From contig NC_068993.1 of NCBI RefSeq assembly GCF_001194135.2, positions 15,853,394 through 15,917,393 of the forward strand: a stretch of DNA of 64,000 bases, written 5' to 3'. How positions within the stretch are numbered: the first letter of the stretch is position 1; every line of letters starts with the position of its first letter. The translations under genes and the position numbers were made by a program. Positions 25,641 through 38,437 of this stretch are shown here, piece by piece. Source of the DNA: Octopus bimaculoides (Eukaryota). The notes beneath the pieces were generated by a model. That model was not told where the DNA came from. It ran no database searches and worked only from the letters and a program-made list of their open reading frames with translations.

Positions 25641-26404
25641 CATCATCGCCTTTTGGAATAATGCAGCGCTAACCGAACATAAACACAAACATATAAGCAA
25701 TGATAACCGGAACGCCCACATGTAGGAACAAATCCAAGAATTCACTCCAACAGATATTCTCCATAGCATTCCTCCTTAGTCCTAAACACAATTTTGAATT
25801 TCATCTAAAGTTGTACTAAAAATTAATCTCCTTGCTAATCAACTTCAAATTAGACAAAACTCCGGAAAAGTGTGAAAACAATGGACCTTAGCGACAATAC
25901 ATATCTCGGCTTATTACTAAATACGTAACCAGCCATGTTACCAATCATGAGAACAACAACATTATTAACTCTGAAACATAACCATCTGATGGTACCCGTG
26001 TCAAAGAACAAAGGTTATCAACAACACTATTAACAATGCGCTTACGTGGTTCGACGTTATCCATAACACTCCTGGTGATCACCTGACAGATCAAGCACAT
26101 GAGGAAGCTGTATAGGAGCATACTTTCCAAAACGGATCTTTTGGAGAGATGGTGCTACATTTAAATGAAATGCCTCAATTAACTGTCACAACTTCATCTA
26201 CCGGATAGCTGAGAATCTGCATATTATGGACGAGTATCGTATTAATTTACCAGGAGTTACAATATGGTGCAGTTTATCATCAAAAGGATTAATTAGACAA
26301 TTCTTTCTTATACGAAACTGCAGCTGGTCACTTACTAATATAAGAGCCTACCTGGATGAGATTTTGTTAAACTGCTAGAATTAGACCATAACGCTTAAGT
26401 AGAA

Positions 26405-26698
26405 TTCTTTCCGCCTTCCACACTAGGCTTTTTAATGCGGATTATGTGAAGATAGAAAATATAGTTTTCTATGCAAAACACGTGGCAGTCGAGGAATTGA
26501 GAGCAGCTATACGCAGAAATACGGAATGAAGTGATTCTTGGTTTTTGTCATTCCATTGCTTCACGTTATCAACATACGTTAAAAACAGACAATCATAAAC
26601 AATTTCTGTCTCTAGATTTTGAAAGTTTACTGTATTTAATTGAACATTGACATGGTAATTAATTCAATAAATCTATACAGTTTTTGGAACACCCTGTA
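26405..26698 (+). mobile_element. Tc1/mariner relic: transposase C-terminus and right TIR
   Basis: Frameshifted translation VEELRAAIRR...CHSIASRYQHTLKTDNHKQF resembles the mariner C-terminus. Ends TTTTTGGAACACCCTG followed by TA, the reverse complement of a TA-CAGGGTGTTCCAAAAA TIR. No left TIR found. Confidence 0.55.
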
Positions 26699-26702
26699 TG
26701 AA

Positions 26703-26748
<46 letters not shown>

Positions 26749-26760
26749 TANNNNNNNNNN

Positions 26761-26798
<38 letters not shown>

Positions 26799-27009
26799 TT
26801 CACACATACATACATACACGCCTGCATACATACATAGATAGATATAAACATACATATACATACATACACACATTTACGAATAGAAGGGTTACAAAAAAAT
26901 GTTTTCACACATTTACATTCCCAAAAACCCATATATTCATGCATACATACATGCATACATACATACATACAAACATACACACATGCTTGTATACATATAT
27001 ATACATACA

Positions 27010-27043
<34 letters not shown>

Positions 27044-27523
27044 ACACACACACACATATATGTATGTATAAATGGAGAGAAGAGGGGTGTTGAATGTTGA
27101 ACACATTGTAATGAATGTGCAAACGTTATCCGACATAGATCGCTACAGAATATGACGCCACACTAATACATCATCGAACTGGTGCAATGATGTGCTCAAT
27201 GCACAACACATGCACGTGTTTGCTAACACACTTGCTCTATCTCTCTTTCCCCTCCTTCTCTCTCTTTCTTTCTCTCTCTCTCTCTCTCATTAAAGTTATC
27301 AATTTCATCTCTCACCATGACAAACATCCATACCGCCTGCAGGTAGACCCTTCGCTTATTGCTGTTTACCTGCTGATCACATTCTAATAGCTACATCTCA
27401 ATCTAACTTCAACGACCCTCGTTCAAGAAATATCCCAAGGGATGAAGATTCTGTTACGTTTAGCAAAGACTTCGTATGGTCAACAATGTATGTATGTCTG
27501 TAAGTTGGTAGGTAACTAAGTAG

Positions 27524-27569
<46 letters not shown>

Positions 27570-28017
27570 ATCTGAATTCTATCACTTAATTTTATCGCTT
27601 CATATATACCTACATATACATATACTTACATTCATGCATATATAAATATATATTTGTACACACACACACACACACATATATATACATACACACACACACA
27701 CATATATATATAGACATACATACATAAATGCGTAAAAGAATTCACCTCCAGGAATGTACGTATCAAGGAGTTAAATTTCTATATGAAGGATTACAAATTA
27801 CAAATTATTCTGGAGGATATAATTGAAAGGTTGAGCCTTATATAAATGTGTGTGCGTGTATGTACTTATGTATGTATGTATGTATGTATGTATGTACTTA
27901 TGTATACATATATATATATACTTATACATATATATGTACATATGCAAATATGCATATATGCATATATATATATATATATATATATATCTGTCTGTGGGTA
28001 TCAGTGTGTATGCATGA

Positions 28018-28061
<44 letters not shown>

Positions 28062-29212
28062 NNNNNNNNNNNNNNNNNNNNNNNNNNNNNNNNNNNNNNN
28101 NNNNNNNNNNNNNNNNNNNNNNNNNNNNNNNNNNNNNNNNNNNNNNNNNNNNNNNNNNNNNNNNNNNNNNNNNNNNNNNNNNNNNNNNNNNNNNNNNNNN
28201 NNNNNNNNNNNNNNNNNNNNNNNNNNNNNNNNNNNNNNNNNNNNNNNNNNNNNNNNNNNNNNNNNNNNNNNNNNNNNNNNNNNNNNNNNNNNNNNNNNNN
28301 NNNNNNNNNNNNNNNNNNNNNNNNNNNNNNNNNNNNNNNNNNNNNNNNNNNNNNNNATATATATATATATATATACATATATATATAGTCATCAGAATGA
28401 TACTACTGTTGCTGTAGTTTTTGCTGCTGCTCCTACTGCTATCCTCACCACTGTTGCAGCGGCTGCAGTTGCAGTTGATATAATAGTAGATATGCAGATG
28501 GTTGATGGTTTATAGTTGATGGCTGGATGTTGTTGCATATGTATCAGTTACCTTTAAATGGTATGGTGGCCTGGTCGAGTGGTGAAAGCGGCGGCGGCGG
28601 CCATCATGGTGGTGGCTGTGGTGGTGGTGGTGGTACTGTAGCACTTTGTTAAGAGGTCTTTATTCACAGTAAGTTAAGTACTTCAATTGCTTAGATGTGA
28701 AGTGTGCAATAATACCTACCTCGGGGGCAGTGCAGTGCGTTGATGATGCACTGGCACTTCATTTGCGCTTTGTTTAATTAATGTTTACCATGTTTGGCAT
28801 TGGAGAGTAAGTGAGCAAGCGAGAGAGCAAAGGAGAGGAGAAATGGAGGGAGGTACAGACAGAGAGAGAGCATTGACTGCATATTACCGCTGCACATTTT
28901 ATCTCGGTGCAAGGCTAACAGCTCCTTTTCGTCAATTGCTATTACTTATCACGTAACGGCGGTGGCTTCCGTAGTAGTAGTAGTAGTGTGATGATGATGA
29001 TGAAGATAATAGAGACGAGGTAGCTGAAGATGTGAGTTAGATATAGGGAGTTTAGAGAGGGAAAATGTTTTGTGAGATCTGCGTAACTATCGGACAAAAA
29101 GAGAAAACAGTGTTTTTTTTACACACACACATACAACAGACGCACACGCGCATGCACACACACATACGCATACATGCACGCGCATATATATGTATACACA
29201 CACACACACAGA

Positions 29213-29265
<53 letters not shown>

Positions 29266-29470
29266 NNNNNNNNNNNNNNNNNNNNNNNNNNNNNNNNNNN
29301 NNNNNNNNNNNNNNNNNNNNNNNNNNNNNNNNNNNNNNNNNNNNNNNNNNNNNNNNNNNNNNNNNNNNNNNNNNNNNNNNNNNNNNNNNNNNNNNNNNNN
29401 NNNNNNNNNNNNNNNNNNNNNNNNNNNNNNNNNNNNNNNNNNNNNNNNNNNNNNNNNNNNNNNNNNTCCA

Positions 29471-29502
29471 TCTTTCCGACGAAGGGCTACGCCCGAAACG
29501 TC
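29471..29502 (+). ncRNA. Minimal hammerhead ribozyme motif, degenerate (U4C; stem I broken)
   Basis: TCTTT-CCGACGA-A-GGGC-TAC-GCCC-GAAACGTC; downstream sequence (CCTGAGCGTC..AATAATAC..GTCCTC..TTGTTG) is homologous to the copy at 56553-56720. Confidence 0.55.
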
Positions 29503-29600
29503 TACACTCTCACTTTCCTTTCCTGAGCGTCCAATAATACTATCCATATCACGTCCTCACTTTGTTGTTTTTGGGTTTTTTTGTTATTGCGTTTTTGAAC

Positions 29601-29637
<37 letters not shown>

Positions 29638-29761
29638 ATGGATACTGTCAACATGGCGAACACAGATCTGTCAAAGTTAAAGAAAAAAGTACGTTACATA
29701 CACCACGGCAACTCTGACATAGCAATCTTCGTGATATTGGACTGGTTTTCGTGTTGAAGAT

Positions 29762-29831
29762 CATCTCGAAGAGTTATCCGGCAGACATCTCGAAGATTTA
29801 TCCGGCAGACATCTCGAAGAGTTATCCGGCA
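29762..29831. repeat. 24-bp minisatellite (CATCTCGAAGAGTTATCCGGCAGA)x~3
   Basis: Three adjacent units, one substitution, no spacers. Confidence 0.95.
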
Positions 29832-29954
29832 CTAAGAAAAAAAGAAAATGACTTCGAAGTGATTTAAACTATATAATATGCGGCTAGGACACTCAAATTT
29901 CCTAAATTTTCTTGAATTTTTGTTGCAAACATTAGGTCTTTTTTCTTCTTCCAG

Positions 29955-30047
29955 TACGATGAAAGAAAATACTTCAACCCCGTCGACTAGTACTCCTCCT
30001 CGATTACTCAGGCTAGACCCTCTAAAGATCATTGCTTCTGCAACTAG
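29955..30047 (+). other. Candidate 93-nt exon of an unidentified transcript
   Basis: Polypyrimidine tract TCTTTTTTCTTCTTCCAG before and AG|GTGGGT after. One frame is open (TMKENTSTPSTSTPPRLLRLDPLKIIASAT). No recognisable homology. Confidence 0.25.
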
Positions 30048-30299
30048 GTGGGTTTATTAGTGACGGCTGAATGAAATTTCGCTTTTCTCTCCGCTTTTCT
30101 GAAATCTTAGTTGGCGTTGAGCAATGCGCTCAAAACGTGGCCCAGCATTTTAACATACCGGGTGACAACTAGAACGGATTGTGATAGACGGGGGCACATG
30201 TTCATCAGAGTGAGCTGTCATTTAGAAGTACCTTTGTTGGAGCGATCCTTGCTAATTTTGCTCTTGGAGTTATTTGCTGTTGTTACTGTTAGACTAAAT

Positions 30300-31427
30300 G
30301 TTAGTGGTGGGAGTGACGGTGGACGTACGGCGGCGATAAATATGGCATTCGTGGTGGTGGTGATCGTGGAGGTGGTGATCGTGGAGGTGGTAGCATTGGT
30401 TGTGGTGATGGTGGTTGTTATTGTTGTAGTGGTGCTGGTGGTGATCGTGGTGATCGTTGAGGTGGAGGTGGTGGCATTCGTTGTAGTGGTGTGGTGTTAG
30501 TGGTGGTGGTGGTGGAGCTGGTAATAGTGGAGGTGGAGCTGGTGGTTTCAGTGCTTATGGTGGTGGTTGAGGTGGTGATGGTGGTGGTGGAGCTAGTAAT
30601 AGTGGTGTTTTTTTGTTTTGTTTGTGGTATTCGTAGTGATATCAGGCAGTTAGGATGATCGTGGTGTTGACGTTTTTCTAAATAGTGGTGATGGCGGTTG
30701 GTATGAGAGTAATCACGTCATTAGCACTACCACCTTATGGCGAAGGTGGTGGTGGTAATGACGACGGTGGAGGATAACACTGTGGGAGCGGCGGCGATAG
30801 TGATGTTGCTCATGATGATGAAGCTGGTGGTGGTGGTGGTNNNNNNNNNNNNNNNNNNNNNNNNNNNNNNNNNNNNNNNNNNNNNNNNNNNNNNNNNNNN
30901 NNNNNNNNNNNNNNNNNNNNNNNNNNNNNNNNNNNNNNNNNNNNNNNNNNNNNNNNNNNNNNNNNNNNNNNNNNNNNNNNNNNNNNNNNNNNNNNNNNNN
31001 NNNNNNNNNNNNNNNNNNNNNNNNNNNNNNNNNNNNNNNNNNNNNNNNNNNNNNNNNNNNNNNNNNNNNNNNNNNNNNNNNNNNNNNNNNNNNNNNNNNN
31101 NNNNNNNNNNNNNNNNNNNNNNNNNNNNNNNNNNNNNNNNNNNNNNNNNNNNNNNNNNNNNNNNNNNNNNNNNNNNNNNNNNNNNNNNNNNNNNNNNNNN
31201 NNNNNNNNNNNNNNNNNNNNNNNNNNNNNNNNNNNNNNNNNNNNNNNNNNNNNNNNNNNNNNNNNNNNNNNNNNNNNNNNNNNNNNNNNNNNNNNNNNNN
31301 NNNNNNNNNNNNNNNNNNNNNNNNNNNNNNNNNNNNNNNNNNNNNNNNNNNNNNNNNNNNNNNNNNNNNNNNNNNNNNNNGCGGCGGTGGTGGTGACGGT
31401 GGCGATAGTGATAATAGTGAGGTTGCC

Positions 31428-31467
<40 letters not shown>

Positions 31468-31480
31468 CTGATGATGACGA
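30300..31480. repeat. Degenerate (GGT)n/(GAT)n low-complexity tract spanning an N gap
   Basis: Direct repeats. Confidence 0.9.
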
Positions 31481-32167
31481 TGCCTGTGCAGGTGATTATA
31501 ATGGGTGAAGTTGAGGAATTGTGGCTCTCAATGTTTCTCACATCTCAATTTAGAGATTCACTTTGGTTTTTCAAAAAAATACATTAACTGGATAATTTAA
31601 TTTCCCGAAACAACGACATTATCTAGTACTCGGTGACACACACACGCACACACACACACACAGACACACACATGCACAAACAGATGCACACGCATATACA
31701 TACATGCCTATACGTATACACATACATACTGCATGTTCGCCTACAATTATGTGCATTCACACACAGGCACCTACTCACGCAACGCACACACAAACACAAA
31801 CACATACACACATACATACACTCGTTCACCAACTGATACACTACAAGCACACAACACACACGCACACACACACACACACATGCACATGCCAATAAACAGT
31901 CATATACTCACACATATAGTCGCATGTGCTCATATGTATTCAACTATATATGTATATATACAACATACACACACATATACACAGACACATAGACATACAC
32001 ACATACACATTCAGCCGCAAACAGACACACACTTAATATATATTCTCATGTATAGCCACAGAGTCAGATTCAAACACAATATCACACAGTAAAACAGACG
32101 GATGCATCAGCGCGGACATGCAGAGCGCACACACGCACCCGCATATGTACATAAATATACGTATATA

Positions 32168-32203
<36 letters not shown>

Positions 32204-33175
32204 TGCATACTAGCACACCCGTGGTCACTAGGTTATATGTTTGGACAAAGATACGCCATTACACATCTAACTGTACAGATAAATACTTTTAAGTTTACAT
32301 GTATTTTATGCGCTTGTTTAAACGTGTGTACATTCGCCATTTTCATTCGTTCATACATACATACGTGCATTCGTACATGCGTGCATGTATGCATACATAC
32401 CCTACACATATAAATATATATATTATATATACATACATATATATATATATACATGTATATATAAAAGGATAGATGTCTATTTCTATAAATGTGTGTATGT
32501 GCGAGTGTGTGTGCATATTTACGGACATATATGCATATCTATGTACATGTGTGTGTGTGTCTGTGTATAAATTTCTGTATGTGTTGTGTGTGTAAGTTTG
32601 TAAGTGTGTGTGTGTATATATATATATGTCTGTGTGTAGTGTTTGTGTGACCGTGTGTGTTTATGTGTCTGTCTGTGTGTGTATGTGTTTAAAGTTTCGA
32701 TGCAAGCTGTAAGAATCTTTCTAATGCTTAATATTCTTGTATTTCCTAACAGTCTACCCAAGAAGACAAGGTTATATATTGAATAGAAAGAGTGAAAAAC
32801 TTCAGAGTAAACCAAGAGGTCGATTATAAAGACTCTTGTAATAGGTTGCAAGTCCAATATGCCAGCACGTATTTAGCTCAGGTCAATGGCATGTCGTGTC
32901 TAATAACGTAGGCAAACGATTACGAGCAAGAAATGTCCTTGGAACAAATTAAATAGAGGGTTTGAATTCGAACAACACCGCAAGGCAACTGACAAATGTG
33001 GGAATTAGATTTTGAGATTTTTATACAGCAGAAAGGTGATAAATTGTTCACCAATCAAAGTCTGCCATGTTAATTGGTGTAGACGTAGCCATTTTCGAGA
33101 GGTAGAGATTTGTGGCTTTGTTTTCAAAGTAGCTTAAGAGCTCCAGTAATGTAGAGTTTTTCAAACTAAAGAGAC

Positions 33176-33247
<72 letters not shown>

Positions 33248-33827
33248 CAGAGAGAGAGGAAAAGAGAGAGAGGAAAAGAGAGAGAGAGACAGACAGAAAG
33301 AACGACACAGAGAGAGAGAGAGAGAGAGAGAGAGTGACATGGTAAGCAAATGAGAGGGGTTCAAGCAAAAGGAGCGAAAAACAAGATGGTGACAGAGAAT
33401 GTTAGTGAGAAGGACGGATACAGTATAGAACGATTAGAACGGACTTGTTGAAGAGCGTCGATAGACTGAAGTGGACAGTGGACATGTTATAAAAGAAGAT
33501 ATATTTTTTTCACTCATGTATGACAGCCGCATAGAAAATTTAGAAATTCCGCTGTGTGATCCAAAACATTTTGTCAGACAATCTTCTAATTTCCTATTCT
33601 ATCTCGTCTTTTGCTTTTTTCTGTGTATCTATATCTATTTCACCGTTTATCATTTCCTTCCGTAGATTGCTTAATCTACTGGTCTTCCTTATTTCTATCG
33701 TTCCCACATATATGTGTGTGTTGGTGTCTGTCTGTGCATGAGTGTGTTTGTGAGTGTGCATGTACGTGTTTCTGTGTGTATGTGTATGTAGGTGTGTCTG
33801 TATGTGTTTGTATGAGTGTGTGTGCGT

Positions 33828-34000
33828 GGCGCAATCGTACTTTGTTGTAAGAAGTTTGCTTCCCATTTACATGGTTCTGGGTTCAGTCCCATTGCGAGGC
33901 ACCTTGAGTAAGTATATTCTACAATAGCCTTGGGCTGACGATGCAAGTTTTGCAAGTGGATTTGGTATACGGAAACTTAAAGAAGCCCATCGTATATATG
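33828..34000 (+). mobile_element. Family-B SINE 5' half, diverged
   Basis: GGTTCTGGGTTCAGTCCC...CACCTTGAGTAAG...GTGGATTTGGTATACGGAAACTTAAAGAAGCCC. Confidence 0.8.
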
Positions 34001-34110
34001 TGTACGTGTGTGTGTGTGCATGAGAGAGAGAGCGTGTGTGTGCGTGTGTGTGTATGCGTGAGAGAAACTCTGTATGCATGTGCATGTGTGTGTGTTTATA
34101 TATATATATT

Positions 34111-34199
<89 letters not shown>

Positions 34200-34578
34200 G
34201 TGCGGCTTTCAGCTTTTATCTGTTCAAAAAGGTTTCTTAACGTGTGATGGGGTGGTAAGTGTGTGTGCGGGCGGGTCGACGTATTTTAGTGTGTATGCGT
34301 GTGGCGGGAGCGAGTGTGTGTGTTCATATGTGTATGAACGTGGGTATTGCACTAGCATGCACACATGTTCATACACGTATCAAGAAATACACAGTATAAC
34401 TCTCCGGATGTTCACTCTCTCTTACGATCATCAGCGGATGTGTAATTTCATTGTTAGTGTGCACAGCGAAGTGTTCTTCCTTGAATCATTCAGTAAATTC
34501 ATTAAAAAAAAAGTATATATTTTTTCATAGTCCAGTGTGATTCGTTAAAAACGCAACACAATGGTGTCTTTAGGTTGC

Positions 34579-34628
<50 letters not shown>

Positions 34629-34707
34629 TGACAACAAAAGAATGAATGAGACCTTGATATTATGTAAATAGAGGAATTTATATATAAATGCATAATATAG
34701 AGCAATC

Positions 34708-34792
34708 AGTGTTTTCTTCTCTGGCCTTGGTCCGACCAAATCCTTCTGAGTGGATTTAGTAGATGGAAACTGAAAAAACAACCTGTCGTATG
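34708..34792 (+). mobile_element. Family-B SINE internal fragment
   Basis: CCGACCAAATCCTTCTGAGTGGATTTAGTAGATGGAAACTG. Confidence 0.75.
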
Positions 34793-35238
34793 TATGTGTG
34801 TGTCCCTGTATGACAACTAACTGATTGCCCTATATATATATATATATATNNNNNNNNNNNNNNNNNNNNNNNNNNNNNNNNNNNNNNNNNNNNNNNNNNN
34901 NNNNNNNNNNNNNNNNNNNNNNNNNNNNNNNNNNNNNNNNNNNNNNNNNNNNNNNNNNNNNNNNNNNNNNNNNNNNNNNNNNNNNNNNNNNNNNNNNNNN
35001 NNNNNNNNNNNNNNNNNNNNNNNNNNNNNNNNNNNNNNNNNNNNNNNNNNNNNNNNNNNNNNNNNNNNNNNNNNNNNNNNNNNNNNNNNNNNNNNNNNNN
35101 NNNNNNNNNNNNNNNNNNNNNNNNNNNNNNNNNNNNNNNNNNNNNNNNNNNNNNNNNNNNNNNNNNNNNNNNNNNNNNNNNNNNNNNNNNNNNNNNNTAT
35201 ATATATATATATGTATGTATATATATATATATATATAT

Positions 35239-35468
35239 TGTTGTGGAGTGAACTGATACAGTCGCACAATGTGACTCTCAGTGGACTGGACGAGTCTTAT
35301 AAATAGATGAGCCAGGAGACAGTTGAGGTCGAACTGTGAAAGCGTTAGTCTCGTTATTGATTTTGCGTGATCTGTTATAAGATAACCAACTCTTGTTCCA
35401 TTGCTTATTGGTATACGGTTATATTGTTACACACTCTCACATCATATATCCTCACTGACGATATAACA
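35239..35468 (+). mobile_element. Probable solo LTR (copy 1)
   Basis: 230 bp, TG...CA termini (TGTTGTGGAG...ATAACA), internal TATAAATA, flanks TATAT/TAAAT; homologous end-to-end to 55786-56017. Confidence 0.6.
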
Positions 35469-35559
35469 TAAATATATGCGGGTGTGTGTGTTTGTGTGTG
35501 TGTGAGTGTGTGTATGCGTGTGTGTGTATGTGCGTGTCTGTGTGTTTGTATCTGTGTTT

Positions 35560-35760
35560 GAACCTTCATCACAACCGTTGCTGCTGTGTTTACCTCCCCG
35601 TTATCTTGCGGTCCGGCAAAACGAACCGATAAAATAAGTACTAGGCTTAAAAAAATAATAATTTGTGGGGTCCATTCGTTCGACCAAAACCTTTCAAAAC
35701 GGTGCTCCAGTATGGCCGCATTCAAACTGACTGAAACAAGTCAAAGGATAAAAGAATATA
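35560..35760 (+). mobile_element. Family-B SINE 3' half
   Basis: GTGTTTACCTCCCCG...CCGATAAAATAAGTACTAGGCTT...GGTGCTCCAGTATGGCCGCA...ACTGAAACAAG. Confidence 0.8.
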
Positions 35761-36804
35761 TGTGTGTATGTGTGTGTATTCAGGTACATATTTATCAATA
35801 TTGCCGTAAACTGAAACGTACTGATCGCCATGATGCGGAGAAGAAAAAGCTCGTAGCTACATCGAAAATACATTTTAGCTTACAGGAGGTCTTCTTAATA
35901 TGCATATCGGCGTTAGCTTACGACTAAGAGGAAAACATGAGATTAACATATTAAAACATTCACAGCAATGACGAATGTTTTGTGTTTGTTTCGTATAACA
36001 CCTCGTTGTATAAAGTTAAACGCAGGAGATAATCACCATGTTTGCGAGTTTTGATATTATTCCAATTTTCAACACATTTAAATGCCTTATCAGAGCTAAC
36101 TCGATAAGGCGAATAAACAGCTTATAACCATATAGAAAAGGTACTTAACTGACATATGAATGTTCTAATTTGCATATATCTGTTAGTAATTTGCAAAGTT
36201 TGCGAATACAGAATCACAATATGAACAATTTAAGACGCATTAAACCTATTTATTTGGAGATAATATAATAAAATTATGTATACAGGTGTACGTATGTGTA
36301 TATATATATATATATATATNNNNNNNNNNNNNNNNNNNNNNNNNNNNNNNNNNNNNNNNNNNNNNNNNNNNNNNNNNNNNNNNNNNNNNNNNNNNNNNNN
36401 NNNNNNNNNNNNNNNNNNNNNNNNNNNNNNNNNNNNNNNNNNNNNNNNNNNNNNTATATATATATATATATATATATATGGGAGTAGTGTTGCTGGTGAT
36501 GATGAAGGATGTTGTGATAAATGATGATGGTGGTGGTGGTATGGTGGTGGTGGCAGCGGTGGTGATGGTGATGGTGTAATTCCATCAAGTACGATGAAGG
36601 TTCACTAATTTCATCAACGACATTATTCGTTCCTGAATTAACGAAAAAGTGTTTGAGTATTCCTCAAACATGTGCAACTTTGAAGTAATTTTATTTGCAA
36701 CATTCTTGATGTGAAAATGCATGTTGAAACAAATTGTGTTGCATATTGTTTATCTCAATGATAAACACACACGCTGGTTTAATTTCACTTCTATATTTTA
36801 GCCA

Positions 36805-36942
36805 ATAGGTGTGCTTCCCAAGTTCCGGTTCGTTCCCATTCTGTGGTACCTGAGGCAAGTGTTTTCTTCTATAGCCTGGATCCGACCAAATCCTTCTGAG
36901 TGGATTTAGTAGATGGAACCTAAAAAAAAATTCCTGTCGTAT
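36805..36942 (+). mobile_element. Family-B SINE 5' fragment
   Basis: GGTTCGTTCCC...GAGGCAAGTGTTTTC...CCGACCAAATCCTTCTGAGTGGATTTAGTAGATGG. Confidence 0.75.
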
Positions 36943-37028
36943 GTGTGCACGTATGTGTGCACGTATGCGTGCACGTATGTGTGCACGTATGTGTGCACGT
37001 ATGTGTGCACGTATGTGTGCACGTATGT
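36938..37028. repeat. 12-bp minisatellite (ATGTGTGCACGT)x~7
   Basis: Adjacent near-identical units. Confidence 0.95.
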
Positions 37029-37105
37029 GCGTGTGTGTGTGCACGCTTCTGTATTATATGTATGTATGTGTGTATGCATGTATATGTATGTATACAACGT
37101 GTTTT

Positions 37106-37418
37106 TTAGTGGTTAGGCGTATTCGGCTTACAATCGTAAGGACGTTAGTTCTATTCCCGGTGGCGCGTTCTCTCTTGAGCAAGACACTCTATTTCACGCT
37201 GCTCCATTCCCACCAGTAGGCAAAAAGGAGTTGTACCTGTAATTCAAAACGGCCTGCTTTGTCACATTCTGTGTCACGCTCAATGTGTATGAAAGCTACG
37301 TTAAGGTTTCACGTGCTTGCGGTGCGATCAGTCACTTGCACGTTAATTTCACGAGCAGGCTGCTCCGTTGAATCGGATCAGCTGTAACACTAGTCGTCGT
37401 TACCGACGGAGGGCCAGT
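37106..37418 (+). mobile_element. Family-C SINE, diverged
   Basis: CTTGAGCAAGACAC core; tail CTACGTTAAGG...GTTAATTTCACGAGCAGGCTG...CCGACGGAG shared with 16380-16762. Confidence 0.82.
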
Positions 37419-37612
37419 CATGAGTGAGTGTGTAAAGCATTGCCAGCTCTTTGTGAAAAAAATGTCAGAAATTAAAATATTCTTAATTTTGTTTACATGA
37501 GTCTGGAGGTTGAACAAAGAGTTTTGGGAGTGGCCAGATACGAGGTTTCTTCACCCGACTGATGTTTTGAATCTGTAATTACGTGTATGTGTTTGTGTAT
37601 ATAATCATACAA

Positions 37613-37658
<46 letters not shown>

Positions 37659-37874
37659 TGAATGCTTAAAGAAAGGTCAAATGGGCTTCTTGGAAGATTG
37701 TTTTTTTAAGCAGTTTAGGTGTCAACTCTGTTCGCAAGATCCAGCTGTTTATTGACTTCATTGTGTATAAAGAAGAGACAGTTGTTTGTCGAAAAATGAA
37801 ACAAAGGACAAATAATTTCTGGGATGGATGTTTTGATGATAAATTTGTCCAGAGATGTCTAGCTATTTATTGGT

Positions 37875-38180
37875 GGAGGCTTATTGATGTGGTTTAGTGG
37901 CTTAGGGTATTTGGCTCATGATTGTAACGTCCTGAGTTCGATACCCGAAGGCGCGTTGTGTTCTAGAGCGAGACACTTAATTTCACGTTGCTCCTGTTCA
38001 AATAGCTGACAAAAACCAGTTGTACCTGTAGCTCAGTGGACCACCCTGGAGGCATTCGGTGAAAACTATATTAGGAGTACTCCTATTTGTGGAGTACTCC
38101 AGCACTTGCACGAGAAGGGTGTTCCAGTCGATCGGATTGACTGGAACACTTGTCGTCGTCGCAACCGACGGAGTACTAGT
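37875..38180 (+). mobile_element. Family-C SINE, diverged
   Basis: GAGTTCGATACCC B box, GAGCGAGACACTTAATTTCACG core, ...CCGACGGAGTACTAG tail. Confidence 0.78.
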
Positions 38181-38280
38181 TGATTATTAACTCCAATAAA
38201 CAATTTCCTTTGTGGGTAAATGAAGTCTTTAAAATTTGCTCAAGATATTGCGAGCGGGAATTTGGAGGGTTCTATATACA

Positions 38281-38318
<38 letters not shown>

Positions 38319-38437
38319 TATGTGTGTGTGAATGTGTGTGTGTGTCTGTGTGTGTGTGTGTGTGTGAGGTGACTGTTAAAACTTATTCTAACCAACAGTC
38401 CGTTTAGTGGCGTCGATAATAATATAAATATCTTACA

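Noticed and set aside
28712-28727. U1 snRNA-like or MIR-like ATACCTACCTCGGGGG
   Set aside because: Only a short partial match, with no downstream U1 structure or Sm site.
29762-29831. CRISPR-like repeat (also 24675-24730 and 36938-37028)
   Set aside because: Units are adjacent with no spacers, there are no cas genes, and the context is eukaryotic.
30111-30500. ORF of 129 aa or a second exon
   Set aside because: The 3' half is (GGT)n low complexity and the 5' half has no recognisable homology.
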